DNA from: a virus
Lineage: Duplodnaviria > Caudoviricetes
Direction: 5' to 3' (one strand)
DNA length: 64,000 bases
Virus record (IMG/VR): IMGVR_UViG_3300031857_000014
The notes below the pieces were generated by a model that searched no databases, was not told where the DNA came from, and was given only the letters and a program-made list of their open reading frames with translations. Positions 1-10,498 of the stretch are shown piece after piece (the first letter of the stretch is position 1; each line of letters starts with the position of its first letter). The position numbers were made by a program, and so were the translations under genes.

Positions 1-2451
1 CCATTTAGATGTATCTAACGGAGAAGAAATAAACGATTCTCTCGTATTTAGTTTTAATGTGCCATTAAATTTAAAATTATCGTCAGTAAAAGATGATTCA
101 TTTAAATAAGATAAATATAAATTTGAATTAAATGGGTATATACTTTTCCTATATGATTCAGGAGTATAGTTTAAAAGATAGTTATTTAACTTTGGAAAAG
201 ATGAGTCATCATCAATTCGATTATTGTTTGTGCTAAGTTGTTCGATTGTATATGAAGTTTCGATTGAACTCTTAATATAATCTACTGTTGATAATTGATC
301 TTGATAATATGGGTATCTTTCAAATTGAGAGGTCGCTCTTAAAAAAGTTTTTAAATCATCAGTTGTTTTTATTGAATTTTTTAATATTCCAACAATATCT
401 AAATCATCTAATGTACTTTGTTTTATGTTTTCAAATTCTAAATCAGATAATTCTTTAATTGTTTCTTTATCAAAAGAATCAAACAATGTAAAATAATAAG
501 ACCTTTCCCATATTTCATATAAAAAAGAACTCATTGTTTTATTAATATATGAGTTAGTTGCAGCAACATAACCTAAACTACTTATGTTTTTATTTCTATT
601 TTCTTGTGAGTTAGATTCAAAAACATAATTAACATTATTAACACCACCTTCGTTATCCGCTAAAGGGTCATATAAGTTTGTAGACACACCAATAAATTCT
701 TCAACAAAACCTACTTCAGGCCATAATCTTTTATCATATGATTTTAATGTTTTTTGTAAATCTTCTTCACCCGGATATGCTATTATTTTTTGTTTGTTAC
801 CTGCGGAATTTTTTTTGATTTCTGGCCAAGGGTATATTGAAGAACCTTTTGATTCATTACTTAAATTACCAACATACTTTTTTCTTTCCTCACCTACATT
901 AAATGAATTGAAATGAACTTCCCTCATTAATCTTACATAGACTTCGGCGTTCGCTAAAATTATACCAAAAAGATTACGAACAGTTGGTGAAAACCCTAAA
1001 CCTCCAGCGTCTTTATTTTTTATCACCTCATTCATTTTCTTTTCCACATCTTCTTCTAACTTTTTCTTTTGCTCATTAAATTGTTTTCTTATTTCAAATA
1101 TATCTTCAAACAATTTATTTTTCGCAACAAGATATTGGTTGTCTTTTACGTCATAATATTCTTTAATACCTTTTATATTTTTTATATCAATCGCACTTAC
1201 AAATTTACCGTTAGTTTTATTCTTAAGTTGTTTGTTAAAAATATTACACTCAGTAATTTTTTTTCTATATGTTTCGATTATTTGTTCTAATGTACCTTGA
1301 TTACTTGCACCAATAATTTTATCTGATTTTGTTTTGTTTGTTTTATCAGATTGATAAAAATAATCAACATCACCTATTGATAAAAATTCAAGACTTAAAT
1401 TTCTTTTACTCCAATCATTAACTGAGGTTTCAAAATTATTTATAATTTCAGAAAATTCTTTTATTCCCGCAAATACTTTTGGTTCAACAACTTGGTCAAA
1501 AATTTCTTTTTCTAATAATTTATCAAGTGACTTTGCAATAACACTAATTTCTCTCAATGTCTTTACTGGTACATCTTGACTAATAAGTTTTTTTTGTTTT
1601 AATTCGTTGAAGACAGATGTTAATATCTTATATCCTCTTGATGATTTAGATACTTTCTTTTCATAAACACCTAATTTAGTATTAAATGTTCCTTCTTTTT
1701 GTACTTCTGTCAAATACATGTAAGGACAATTCATTACCGCCTTTAACGGAATATCACTTAAAAAAGCATATGTTGAACCAACAAAACTAGTACTTATTTC
1801 AAAGTTACCTGTGGTATCATTAAATTTAGAATTGAATTTAACTAAATGTAGTCTATATCTAATTGCTTTACCATAAAATCCTTTTACTGTTAAATAAAAT
1901 ATTGGCCAAGGTATATGGAAAAACGCGTTATATGGTGAATTTTCCGGAGATTCAAATAATGTTTTACCTCTAACATCAATAAAATTTATATTGACTTGTG
2001 GTATAAAATTTGCACCTTTTATTAAAATACTAACACTATCAATACCAAAAGTTTGAGCACTTTTATCATTTTGATAAGGATCTCCTACAGGTACTTTTAT
2101 ATTTTGAAAATTACTAAATTTACCTAAATTTATGTTTATGTCTTTTTGTGTTACTTCACTAAACGCATCGGTCCAAGAAGTATCGTAATCTCTACCATCC
2201 GCATTTTTAAGAAAATTTAATGTCCCTTTTGCAATAGATGTTAATGTATTTTTATTATCGGACGCAATTAAAGTTGTTCTTGGAATTAAATCCGCTTCCA
2301 AGTTTACATACATAACTAAATTCTCTTGTTTAATTCCTCTTGGTTGAACTTCTCCATCAACAAGTACACTGTTAGGGTCCACATAAATTAAATTATTGTG
2401 GTCTACTTTTACTAATATATTTTCACTATTTGTTAAATCATTGTTTGCCAT
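1..2451 (-). CDS. Large conserved hypothetical protein, probable baseplate hub/structural protein (3'-truncated by window edge)
   Basis: Not in the ORF track. ATG at 2451 gives MANNDLTNSENILVKVDHNNLIYVDPNSVLVDGEVQPRGIKQENLVMYVNLEADLIPRTT. The same frame is open at the window end (...RESFISSPLDTSKW). I translated both ends and internal stretches, not every codon. It lies directly downstream of baseplate genes. Confidence 0.7.
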   Translation of the reverse strand, partial: MANNDLTNSENILVKVDHNNLIYVDPNSVLVDGEVQPRGIKQENLVMYVNLEADLIPRTTLIASDNKNTLTSIAKGTLNFLKNADGRDYDTSWTDAFSEVTQKDININLGKFSNFQNIKVPVGDPYQNDKSAQTFGIDSVSILIKGANFIPQVNINFIDVRGKTLFESPENSPYNAFFHIPWPIFYLTVKGFYGKAIRYRLHLVKFNSKFNDTTGNFEISTSFVGSTYAFLSDIPLKAVMNCPYMYLTEVQKEGTFNTKLGVYEKKVSKSSRGYKILTSVFNELKQKKLISQDVPVKTLREISVIAKSLDKLLEKEIFDQVVEPKVFAGIKEFSEIINNFETSVNDWSKRNLSLEFLSIGDVDYFYQSDKTNKTKSDKIIGASNQGTLEQIIETYRKKITECNIFNKQLKNKTNGKFVSAIDIKNIKGIKEYYDVKDNQYLVAKNKLFEDIFEIRKQFNEQKKKLEEDVEKKMNEVIKNKDAGGLGFSPTVRNLFGIILANAEVYVRLMREVHFNSFNVGEERKKYVGNLSNESKGSSIYPWPEIKKNSAGNKQKIIAYPGEEDLQKTLKSYDKRLWPEVGFVEEFIGVSTNLYDPLADNEGGVNNVNYVFESNSQENRNKNISSLGYVAATNSYINKTMSSFLYEIWERSYYFTLFDSFDKETIKELSDLEFENIKQSTLDDLDIVGILKNSIKTTDDLKTFLRATSQFERYPYYQDQLSTVDYIKSSIETSYTIEQLSTNNNRIDDDSSFPKLNNYLLNYTPESYRKSIYPFNSNLYLSYLNESSFTDDNFKFNGTLKLNTRESFISSPLDTSKW

Positions 2452-2764
2452 AGTATAATGTATACAAATCCACGTTCTTTTTGTAGTCTTGTAGAGTAAC
2501 GACTAAAGGAAAAGGTATTCTAACGAAAGAATTATCAGGTATTTCAAATTCAACACTACCAAGTAAAGGATTCGCTTGTAAAATTAACCAACCAAATACC
2601 GGTGTACCATAATATTCTTGAGACAATTTATCAAGTCTATCTTTACCTTTTTTATATTGATAGTACCTATCTGTTCCTTTTATAGGTATTTCTATCCCCG
2701 GAACAATTCTAAATGTACCATCTTCTTCAAAATACTGATATCTATCAAAATAATTTCTACTCAT
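2438..2764 (-). CDS. LysM-like baseplate wedge / tail protein X-like (T4 gp53-like)
   Basis: RLDKLSQEYYGTPVFGWLILQANP...VRIPFP is a LysM-like tail X pattern; baseplate context. Confidence 0.7.
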   Translation of the reverse strand: MSRNYFDRYQYFEEDGTFRIVPGIEIPIKGTDRYYQYKKGKDRLDKLSQEYYGTPVFGWLILQANPLLGSVEFEIPDNSFVRIPFPLVVTLQDYKKNVDLYTLYYGKQ

Positions 2765-5700
2765 TAATTACCCTTTTTATAAAAATTAAGTTTATTGGTA
2801 ACACTAACTTTAGTTGATTTAAGATTTTTCACGTCTTGAACTTTTCCTGCATCTGTTATTTCTGTAGTACTTTGAACATTGAATTTTATTGTTTTACTAT
2901 TACCTCTCTTTTTGAATTTACTAAATTTAAAATTGTGGTCATTTGTTTTAGTATAAAAATCGTCCAATCTTTTTCTTAATTTTTTTCTCAAATTTTCAGT
3001 GAAAATTGTTGTGTCAGTTTCAAAAGTGTTTTTCATTAAATTGTCTCTATCTTTAATATCATTAAATAAAACTGACAGTACCGTTGTAAATTGTTGTGTT
3101 GTATAATTGGACGAATTATAATTTATTGACGTATCTAAATCAGTATATAATTTAGGTGTATTGTTAGTTATATATTCGACATTATTTTTATATTCATTAT
3201 ACAATTTATCATATGTAAAACCAGATAATGTTGCTTCAGTTACTTTATTTTTGTCTATTTTATAATCGTAAAAACCATATTTAACAATTACGTTAACTTT
3301 ATCAAACGCACTTATTAATTCGTCTCTTTTTGTTTCAAAATCTTCTAACACATTCTGTTCAACCATTTCATCAAATTTTGTTTGAAGAAACGATTCAATG
3401 TATGGTTGTAACAATTCATTCGCCTTGTCTTTCTTAGGACCTGTTAGTTCTTTGTCAAAACCAAATATTTGACATAAATCAGATGTTTTTGATATTGAAA
3501 TCATACCCGCTTTAATACCTCTAACAATTATTGATATATCACTTGTTTTAGGATATAAACCAAATAATTCAATTGTTTGTGGTGTATTTATGGTAGTATA
3601 AACATCGTAATCTTTTATTGTTCTATAATTATTTGAAAAGAAAACACTTCCTAAATTGTTACCATACTTTAATACAATTGTATTATACATACTTTCGTAT
3701 CCATTAAAATATGATTCTGTTTTTTCAAATACATTATCTATTAATTTGGTGAAATCTATTGTTCCTCCAGTAGTGTTAACTGTTTGAAATTCACCAATAT
3801 ATTCTCCTTCTTTAATTTCATTCTTACTATCTTCAGGTTGTGTATCAACTAACTTTTGTTGGTCTTTAAGTAATTCTTCTAAGAATTCTTTTGTAAATGT
3901 TTCTGCGTCTTGTCCCGCAATTTTACTATTTGTTGATATTGACCTTTCATCATAAATTTCGGTATTTGCGTAGAAATTAGACGATAACGCATTCTGTAAT
4001 CTTTCTACAGGTCTTTCTAAACCTTGACCACCAATAAAAGTTATTGAACAAGTAACGTTAGCAATCATAGGTTGTACACCAATACCTTCAGGATTTAAAT
4101 CCCAAACATTATCATCAAAAGTTATATTAACATCTTTAATTATTATTTTTGAATGATAAAAATCACCTATTCTTAAAACACAAAAAGGTGGTGGTCCAAA
4201 TGATGTATTTCTTGCATTAATATCATTTTTATCTGCAACTCCTTTAATTGGTATTGTATCACCAGGTCTAATACACTGATGTAAAAATGTTAATCTTGAA
4301 TTTAATCCTTCTGGTGTTGTTGAGTGAAAACCGGGATGAAAATATTTTAATTTTTCTCTTAACGACTTAAATGCCAATGGAGAATCTTCTTCCAATTTTT
4401 TAAAATAGTAACATTCAGAAAGAGTTTTCATAATGATTCTCTTCATTACATCAATTGGTGGTTTCTTTTTTGTTCCCGGAATAATACTAGTTTCAGTTTC
4501 AATTCTTGTTCTTGGTAATTCTGCCGGTGGGGGCGGAGGAGGTGGAGGTGCTGGAGTTGTTTTTGTATATTTAAATCCAACAATACTATGTCTACAATAA
4601 AATGCTGTCGGTGAAACTACTTTTAAACCTCCATTTGGACTTGTTATGTATTTGAAATCTTTATTTATACAATCACTACTTCTTGTTCCCCCATTATATA
4701 ATTCACCGTAACTTACTGTTTTTATTGTTACTTTACCTTTATTACCAACATAACCAAATTGTTCTAATGTATATTCTTTATCAATACTATTTATTACATT
4801 ATTTAATTTATCCTCGTTTATCCATTGTATATCAGGTACTGTACTTCCTGTTTTAATTCTATCAAAAAAATCTCTAATAACACTATGTGTTCTTCTAAGT
4901 GATAATTTATTATTATATGATTGTGTAGCAACAGATGATGTTGCCGATTCAATAAATAATTGAATATCTTTTACCGTATTATTAGCAATATCTTGTTTTA
5001 ATGTTTCTGTTTTAGCTGTGTATGAACTAAAGTTATTTGTAAACTCATCAAAATATTTTGTTAAAACATTTATTGTTTCTCCTGTTGCAGTTTCAATATT
5101 TGATACTGTCTCTGAACCAAAAAGTAATTTTTTATCGTTTTTTGCATTACTACTAGTTGCTGGAACTAATGAAACTATTGCATTTTGTAATCTAGTTAAA
5201 TAATCATTCTTTTTAGGTGCTAATTCATTGTATTCTTCTCCGTATGGTCTTCCTGCTGTTAAGCTAGTTCCTTTAGGAAAATCATTTTCATAATATAATG
5301 GTGTTGGTGATAATGTTACTGTTTCGTTACTACTGTTTTGTGTTGGTGTGTCACTAGGATTTTGAGTTGTAACAGGGTCCGTTACCGTTTTATATTTAAT
5401 TATTGTTTGAGGGTCAGTACCTTTATTTAAATATTGTTTTATTAATTCAATATCGTTACCATCTAATGTTGAAAATCTTCTAATTAAACCATAAAAATCA
5501 ACCTCTTCACATCCAGCAAAAAACGCATTTATATAATTGTCGGCTTCCTCATCTGACATATTTTTAAAATAATCTCTAACTAATAAATTTAAAATACTTG
5601 GGTGGTCAACAACAATTTTAAAACCTAATTGTCCTGTTCTTTCTGTATTTTGGTATGTATATATTGATTCAGGTCTACCCAAGAAAGTATTTGATTCCCA

Positions 5701-7524
5701 TCTTGCACTATTGTTTTCACTAACTTTTAAATCATATGGTGGAAACCACATTACCCTACCACCATTTGGTCCTCTTTCACAATATGGTAAATCTTGAACC
5801 ATAAATCCAGGTAATGTAGATGACTTCCACGCCAAGTTCTCTATTGAGAACATATATTTTTTAGCGTAAAAATCTTTACCATTAGCGTCTTTTACACCTC
5901 CCGCAACAATATTTGTAGATGATTTAAAATCATCATCTCTTAAACCATTTGACATCGGTGCAATATTTAAGTTCCATGGTTTACTTCCACCACCCATAAC
6001 ACTTGCATCGAATTTTCTGATAATCTCTGTTCTTTTCATTGTATCAGAATAATTCATATATGACCTGTCTTTGGTCCAAACTCTACAATATTCAACACCC
6101 GTTTCTTCTCCACTAAATTTATCAACGTACTTAATCGCAGAACCTCTTGACATCATCATATCACCTTCTCTAAACACCCTACTAGTTTGATCAATGACAT
6201 TCGCAACGTGAGAACGTGCTGCACCGCCATCTTTTGGCATTGTCTCAAGTAAATCTTGTGTTGTGCCTAATATTGAATCTCCTCTAAAACCAAATCTGGT
6301 TGATAAAGACTCTTCCAACTTTGAAGATTCGTCTGCATATTCTTTATTGTTTTCCCCTAATTTATTTTTTGATTTAGAACTAATCCATGTTAATTTACCT
6401 CCTATCGCACCACCTTCAGTTATATTTCTTTTTCCTTGAAAAAGTTTTGCTTGAACTTCGTCAAACATTAATGATAAAAAATAATTACTTCTTACTGGTC
6501 TATCATTAAAATCACCCATAGCAAATTTCACATCATCACTTCTATCATCACCAATATATGCTTCTCTTGAAGGTGCTTCTAAACCTAAAATAGATTTTAC
6601 TCCTTCGGCGACGTTATTAACAAAATTAAAAACCTTAGAAGATTGTTGTGATCTCGCTGTTGTTGTATAATCGGGTCCATATTTAGAAAAACCTAAATTA
6701 TTGAACAAATATTGTTTTTGTCCTTCACCCATATACTCAATGAATATATCAGATGGTTTTCTTGATAATTTTGGTCTTCTTTGTATACCTACGAGAGAAC
6801 CTAAAGCACCTGTAACGTCTTGTATTATTGCACCGAATTCTGTCCTTGCTTGTGGTCTATATTCAACAGGATTTGCAGGATTAGTTAAATAATCACCCGG
6901 GATTTCCGCAAAAGGAAATTCTACCCCCGCAACTGTTTGAAGAAAATCAATCGCTTTACCCGGTGCAGTGTTTGCAACAGTTATTTTATTGTTATATTCA
7001 ATTAAAGGTTCTCGACCAGTTACAATGTTTAACGCAGTTGCGGTGTTACCATTTAACGCATCTAATATTCTTGCTCTACCTATAGTCGCAGCTTCTAAGT
7101 TTTGTTGAACCCTTGCAAATACTGGTCCCTGTCTATTTTCTTTAATGTACTTTGCTGCGAATTTAAATAATTCACTTTCTGTGTCATAATTACCATTATT
7201 AGACATAATACCAATCAAATTATGGTCAGTAGGAAATTGAAAATAGGGGTATAATTGTAAATTCGCTCTTCTTGGTATAGTATCAATACTTTCTTTTATA
7301 AAATATTGATTTGGTTTAAAAATATTTTGAGTTTGGATAAAAGTTAAATCATTAACTCTATTTGTATCTACCGCACCAGGATCCACATTAGCGAAGTCAG
7401 ATAAATTCTGAACAATATAATTTTGGTCAGTAAAAGTCTGAGGTCCGTTGGGTTGTTGAAGTGTTCTACCTATCAAAAAATCCCTAAATCCCCTTGTTGT
7501 ATTAAAATCTAAATACGTTGGCAT
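2764..7524 (-). CDS. Large multidomain baseplate/tube-initiator protein with OmpA-like domain
   Basis: 1586 aa. Tube-initiator-like segments (WFPPYDLKVSENNSARW...FLGRPESIYTYQNTER; LRIGDFYHSKIII) flank an OmpA-C-like segment (YYENDFP...SATSSVATQSYNNKLSLRRTHSV) and a poly-Pro linker. Follows the tape measure gene. Confidence 0.6.
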   Translation of the reverse strand: MPTYLDFNTTRGFRDFLIGRTLQQPNGPQTFTDQNYIVQNLSDFANVDPGAVDTNRVNDLTFIQTQNIFKPNQYFIKESIDTIPRRANLQLYPYFQFPTDHNLIGIMSNNGNYDTESELFKFAAKYIKENRQGPVFARVQQNLEAATIGRARILDALNGNTATALNIVTGREPLIEYNNKITVANTAPGKAIDFLQTVAGVEFPFAEIPGDYLTNPANPVEYRPQARTEFGAIIQDVTGALGSLVGIQRRPKLSRKPSDIFIEYMGEGQKQYLFNNLGFSKYGPDYTTTARSQQSSKVFNFVNNVAEGVKSILGLEAPSREAYIGDDRSDDVKFAMGDFNDRPVRSNYFLSLMFDEVQAKLFQGKRNITEGGAIGGKLTWISSKSKNKLGENNKEYADESSKLEESLSTRFGFRGDSILGTTQDLLETMPKDGGAARSHVANVIDQTSRVFREGDMMMSRGSAIKYVDKFSGEETGVEYCRVWTKDRSYMNYSDTMKRTEIIRKFDASVMGGGSKPWNLNIAPMSNGLRDDDFKSSTNIVAGGVKDANGKDFYAKKYMFSIENLAWKSSTLPGFMVQDLPYCERGPNGGRVMWFPPYDLKVSENNSARWESNTFLGRPESIYTYQNTERTGQLGFKIVVDHPSILNLLVRDYFKNMSDEEADNYINAFFAGCEEVDFYGLIRRFSTLDGNDIELIKQYLNKGTDPQTIIKYKTVTDPVTTQNPSDTPTQNSSNETVTLSPTPLYYENDFPKGTSLTAGRPYGEEYNELAPKKNDYLTRLQNAIVSLVPATSSNAKNDKKLLFGSETVSNIETATGETINVLTKYFDEFTNNFSSYTAKTETLKQDIANNTVKDIQLFIESATSSVATQSYNNKLSLRRTHSVIRDFFDRIKTGSTVPDIQWINEDKLNNVINSIDKEYTLEQFGYVGNKGKVTIKTVSYGELYNGGTRSSDCINKDFKYITSPNGGLKVVSPTAFYCRHSIVGFKYTKTTPAPPPPPPPPAELPRTRIETETSIIPGTKKKPPIDVMKRIIMKTLSECYYFKKLEEDSPLAFKSLREKLKYFHPGFHSTTPEGLNSRLTFLHQCIRPGDTIPIKGVADKNDINARNTSFGPPPFCVLRIGDFYHSKIIIKDVNITFDDNVWDLNPEGIGVQPMIANVTCSITFIGGQGLERPVERLQNALSSNFYANTEIYDERSISTNSKIAGQDAETFTKEFLEELLKDQQKLVDTQPEDSKNEIKEGEYIGEFQTVNTTGGTIDFTKLIDNVFEKTESYFNGYESMYNTIVLKYGNNLGSVFFSNNYRTIKDYDVYTTINTPQTIELFGLYPKTSDISIIVRGIKAGMISISKTSDLCQIFGFDKELTGPKKDKANELLQPYIESFLQTKFDEMVEQNVLEDFETKRDELISAFDKVNVIVKYGFYDYKIDKNKVTEATLSGFTYDKLYNEYKNNVEYITNNTPKLYTDLDTSINYNSSNYTTQQFTTVLSVLFNDIKDRDNLMKNTFETDTTIFTENLRKKLRKRLDDFYTKTNDHNFKFSKFKKRGNSKTIKFNVQSTTEITDAGKVQDVKNLKSTKVSVTNKLNFYKKGN

Positions 7525-7565
7525 TATATTGTTTTAATAATAAATAGATATAATTAAAAAATTTA

Positions 7566-9518
7566 TTACAAGTACAAGTAAGAACCAGGATTACCTACTT
7601 GTATTCTTTCATCACCCACTCTTACATCTATTTTAAAAAGATGTGGTTGTGCGTTATTTACCGGTGCTGTATTTGTATTTGTTGTTGTAGTGGTATTTGC
7701 TGCGGTAGTGGTATTCGTTGTTATTGGTGCTGCTGTTGTTGTTGGTTGAGCGACAGTACCTTGTTGTGTATTTGTATTTGTTGTTGGTGATTTTGTTGCA
7801 GCGCTACCTTTTGGTGTTTTACTTTTAATATATTTATTATTTGCATCAACAATTGCATCCGCAATCCCGGTCATCATATTTTTTACTTCCGGTGCTTCTT
7901 TAGTTGCGAATTTACTAAAATTATCTGCAGCCTTTTTAGGGTCTAACGGACCTCCCTTAACAAGTTCTTCATATAATTTATCCGCAGCTTTACCACCAGA
8001 CCTTCTTGCTAATGCAGCAAGGAAGTTTAAATCTCTTTCAATATTTGTAACAGAGTTTGCTTGGTCTCTAACTATTTGTTCAGGTGTTCTATCTTGTAAT
8101 TCTTTTTGATAAAATAATAATGTTTCTGCTTGTTTTTGCGATAAATTTTCTAACGCAATCTCTTTTGTGTCCTTATCTACACCTAACGCTTCTCTTATTC
8201 TATCACTATTTAATTCTATCATCATTTTACCACCCTTCATCTGAGAAATATTAGTTAGGAATTCTTTCTGTTCGTCTTTTAAATCTAAACCACTAGCCAT
8301 CATAGCAGCAGCTGCTGAAGTTCTTTCTGCGGAAGCAATTGCACCTTTTGCTAGTTCATCATAACTAACCCCTAATGCTTTAGCCATTTCTCTTGCTCTT
8401 CGTAAATTGACACCGGTAATTTCAAATCTACCTTGTTCTGCATTATATGTCGCTAAACTACTGGCGGCACCAATCAATGAATCTTGTAACCCTTCCACAT
8501 TATTTGTCGCCATGTACATTAATTTTAATGGGTCGTTAAAATCACCTATAGCACCACCTAATACTTGTAAGTTCGCGGCTAAATCAATTGCTCCTTCAGG
8601 ATTCATAACGCTTTCTGCAATCTTAAAAACTTCACTCATACTCATTCTGAATTCGGTTGCTTTTCTAATCATATTACCTAATCCTTCAATACCATTTTTA
8701 AAACCAAATTCATTTAATTTACCTATATTCTGTGATAATTCTTTCGTGGTGTTTTTTGATGAAAGACCTAATTGAAGTGATTTCATACCAACCTTTTCAA
8801 TCATTTCGACAGACTCTCTAGCTCCCATTCCAATATTCTCAAATCCAGGTAACATTCTAACTAATTCTTCTAAAGTACCTACGAACGCCTTTGCTGCAGT
8901 ACCTGCTTGTTTCCATGTTTCCGAATTTATAAATGCGAATTTACCCGAATCCCTCACCAAAACCTGAGATGACCTAACCAATTCATCAAACCCAATACCC
9001 ATTCTTAGTAACTCAGGATTTGCATCTGATAGTTCATTTCTTAAATCTTCCGCTAATTGACCGGTAACACCAATTTCTTCATTTACCTGAGTTCTTAATG
9101 CAGATTGTTGTTTCATGTATAGCTCCATGCTACTACCAAGTCCATCAATAATATTTTTACCAATTTGTTGTAAACTATTAACACCACCTTGTTTATCTAT
9201 TACCACATCAAGAAGATCAGTTATTTTAGTATATTCCTCAGTAATATTTGGTAATTGAGTACTACTTTGAGTTGCAATTCCTCCTCTAAATAATTTTGTT
9301 ACACCTTCAAAAACATTAGATGATTTAGTTGAAGTGGAGGTGGTTGATGTTGTTGTATTAAAACGACTAGTAATTTTCGCTTGTTCATCGGGTCTCATTC
9401 TTTCACCACTATTCCATTGATCTAATGCTCTTAGAAACGTGTTTGTTACTGAAGTTTCATCATTGTGTAAATAAAGATAATCATCTATTCTTGGTCTTGG
9501 TCCTTGTCCGTTTGCCAT
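7566..9518 (-). CDS. Tape measure protein
   Basis: 650 aa, Ala/Leu/Gly-rich helical composition, immediately downstream of tube and chaperone genes. Confidence 0.7.
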   Translation of the reverse strand: MANGQGPRPRIDDYLYLHNDETSVTNTFLRALDQWNSGERMRPDEQAKITSRFNTTTSTTSTSTKSSNVFEGVTKLFRGGIATQSSTQLPNITEEYTKITDLLDVVIDKQGGVNSLQQIGKNIIDGLGSSMELYMKQQSALRTQVNEEIGVTGQLAEDLRNELSDANPELLRMGIGFDELVRSSQVLVRDSGKFAFINSETWKQAGTAAKAFVGTLEELVRMLPGFENIGMGARESVEMIEKVGMKSLQLGLSSKNTTKELSQNIGKLNEFGFKNGIEGLGNMIRKATEFRMSMSEVFKIAESVMNPEGAIDLAANLQVLGGAIGDFNDPLKLMYMATNNVEGLQDSLIGAASSLATYNAEQGRFEITGVNLRRAREMAKALGVSYDELAKGAIASAERTSAAAAMMASGLDLKDEQKEFLTNISQMKGGKMMIELNSDRIREALGVDKDTKEIALENLSQKQAETLLFYQKELQDRTPEQIVRDQANSVTNIERDLNFLAALARRSGGKAADKLYEELVKGGPLDPKKAADNFSKFATKEAPEVKNMMTGIADAIVDANNKYIKSKTPKGSAATKSPTTNTNTQQGTVAQPTTTAAPITTNTTTAANTTTTTNTNTAPVNNAQPHLFKIDVRVGDERIQVGNPGSYLYL

Positions 9519-9522
9519 AATA

Positions 9523-9672
9523 TTAACTATTTTCTAATTCTATCATATAATTTATATAATATCTTCTTATATAAATAGGCATAGAGAGAATATCTCCATA
9601 GGAGAATCCTCTTTTAATTAGAAATAAAATTTCGGTTAACTGGTTCTTTTTATATTCCGTAGAAAGGGCGAA
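9523..9672 (-). CDS. Start-less +1-frame ORF, predicted frameshift extension of the tail assembly chaperone (gp51/GT-like)
   Basis: FALSTEYKKNQLTEILFLIKRGFSYGDILSMPIYIRRYYINYMIELENS* (49 aa). The frame opens just after an in-frame TAG two codons before TTT_CGC (9673-9668), has no start codon until M31, and its stop is 5 nt before the TMP ATG. Confidence 0.75.
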   Translation of the reverse strand, partial: FALSTEYKKNQLTEILFLIKRGFSYGDILSMPIYIRRYYINYMIELENS

Positions 9673-10399
9673 AGAATTCTACCCCAAATCCGATTACAAA
9701 TTGGATTTCTTCTCCTGATGGGGTTGTTGCTTTTTGGGTTAAATCTAACCCCGGTTTATTATCTGCAATAAATTTTCTAAAGTCCTGTGCATCTTTAATT
9801 GGTAGATTTTCAATTAAATTTCTGATATTCATTAAATCCTTATTTCCTGCAACCGATTTAATCATGAATTCAAGTTGTTTGGTCATAATCGGAGCATATC
9901 CATTACCATTCCAACTCTTTTGAATTTCTCTTATTTCCGCTTCTTGTTTTTGAGTCAAGAATTTGAAAGTAATATCTACTTTAGATTTTTCCATAAAATA
10001 TGAATATTCCCCATTTGCATCAGGTGTTAAATTGAAATCTTTAACTTTTAAAGTACTTAAATCTACTTTGGTTTCAAACTCTTTGTCTGTTTTCGGGTCA
10101 GTTAGTGTTACTGTATATTCTGAACCAAATGCGGTGTTTCTTAAAAAGATTAAAATCGCTTGTCTATCCTCTTCCGCCAATTCCTCAATTGAAATATCTT
10201 TATCCAAAATCTTTCTTTTCAAAAGTTCGGAGACTATCGCATTTGTTTGAATTAGGTTTGGTGCCGCTAAAATATTTTCGTCCGCTGCTGTTAGATATGC
10301 AACTCTAACTGATTTTTTTCCATTTGGATAATGAATACCTTTTGTTGGTAATTCTACCACATCATAAGAAATTGTTGGGTCTACTCTAAATTGTTCCAT
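9650..10399 (-). CDS. T4 gp26-like baseplate hub assembly protein / tail assembly chaperone
   Basis: VELPTKGIHY...LTAADENIL...EDRQAILIFLRNTAFGSEY...FFRP; sits between tube and tape measure genes. Confidence 0.75.
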   Translation of the reverse strand: MEQFRVDPTISYDVVELPTKGIHYPNGKKSVRVAYLTAADENILAAPNLIQTNAIVSELLKRKILDKDISIEELAEEDRQAILIFLRNTAFGSEYTVTLTDPKTDKEFETKVDLSTLKVKDFNLTPDANGEYSYFMEKSKVDITFKFLTQKQEAEIREIQKSWNGNGYAPIMTKQLEFMIKSVAGNKDLMNIRNLIENLPIKDAQDFRKFIADNKPGLDLTQKATTPSGEEIQFVIGFGVEFFRPFYGI

Positions 10400-10451
10400 A
10401 GTATTAATTTAATCAATAACTATTGGAAAGTCAAGTTTTTGATAAAATAAA

Positions 10452-10478
10452 AAACCCCATGTGTTGAACATAGGGTTT
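10452..10478 (-). terminator. Rho-independent terminator after tail tube gene
   Basis: Minus strand AAACCCUAUGU-UCAAC-ACAUGGGGUUU followed by a U-rich tract. Confidence 0.75.
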
Positions 10479-10498
10479 GTAAAATATTTGTTTTTGTA

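Noticed and set aside
1069-8775. Short + strand ORFs (1069, 5018, 6701, 7599, 8407)
   Set aside because: They are antisense shadows inside long, motif-bearing minus-strand genes.
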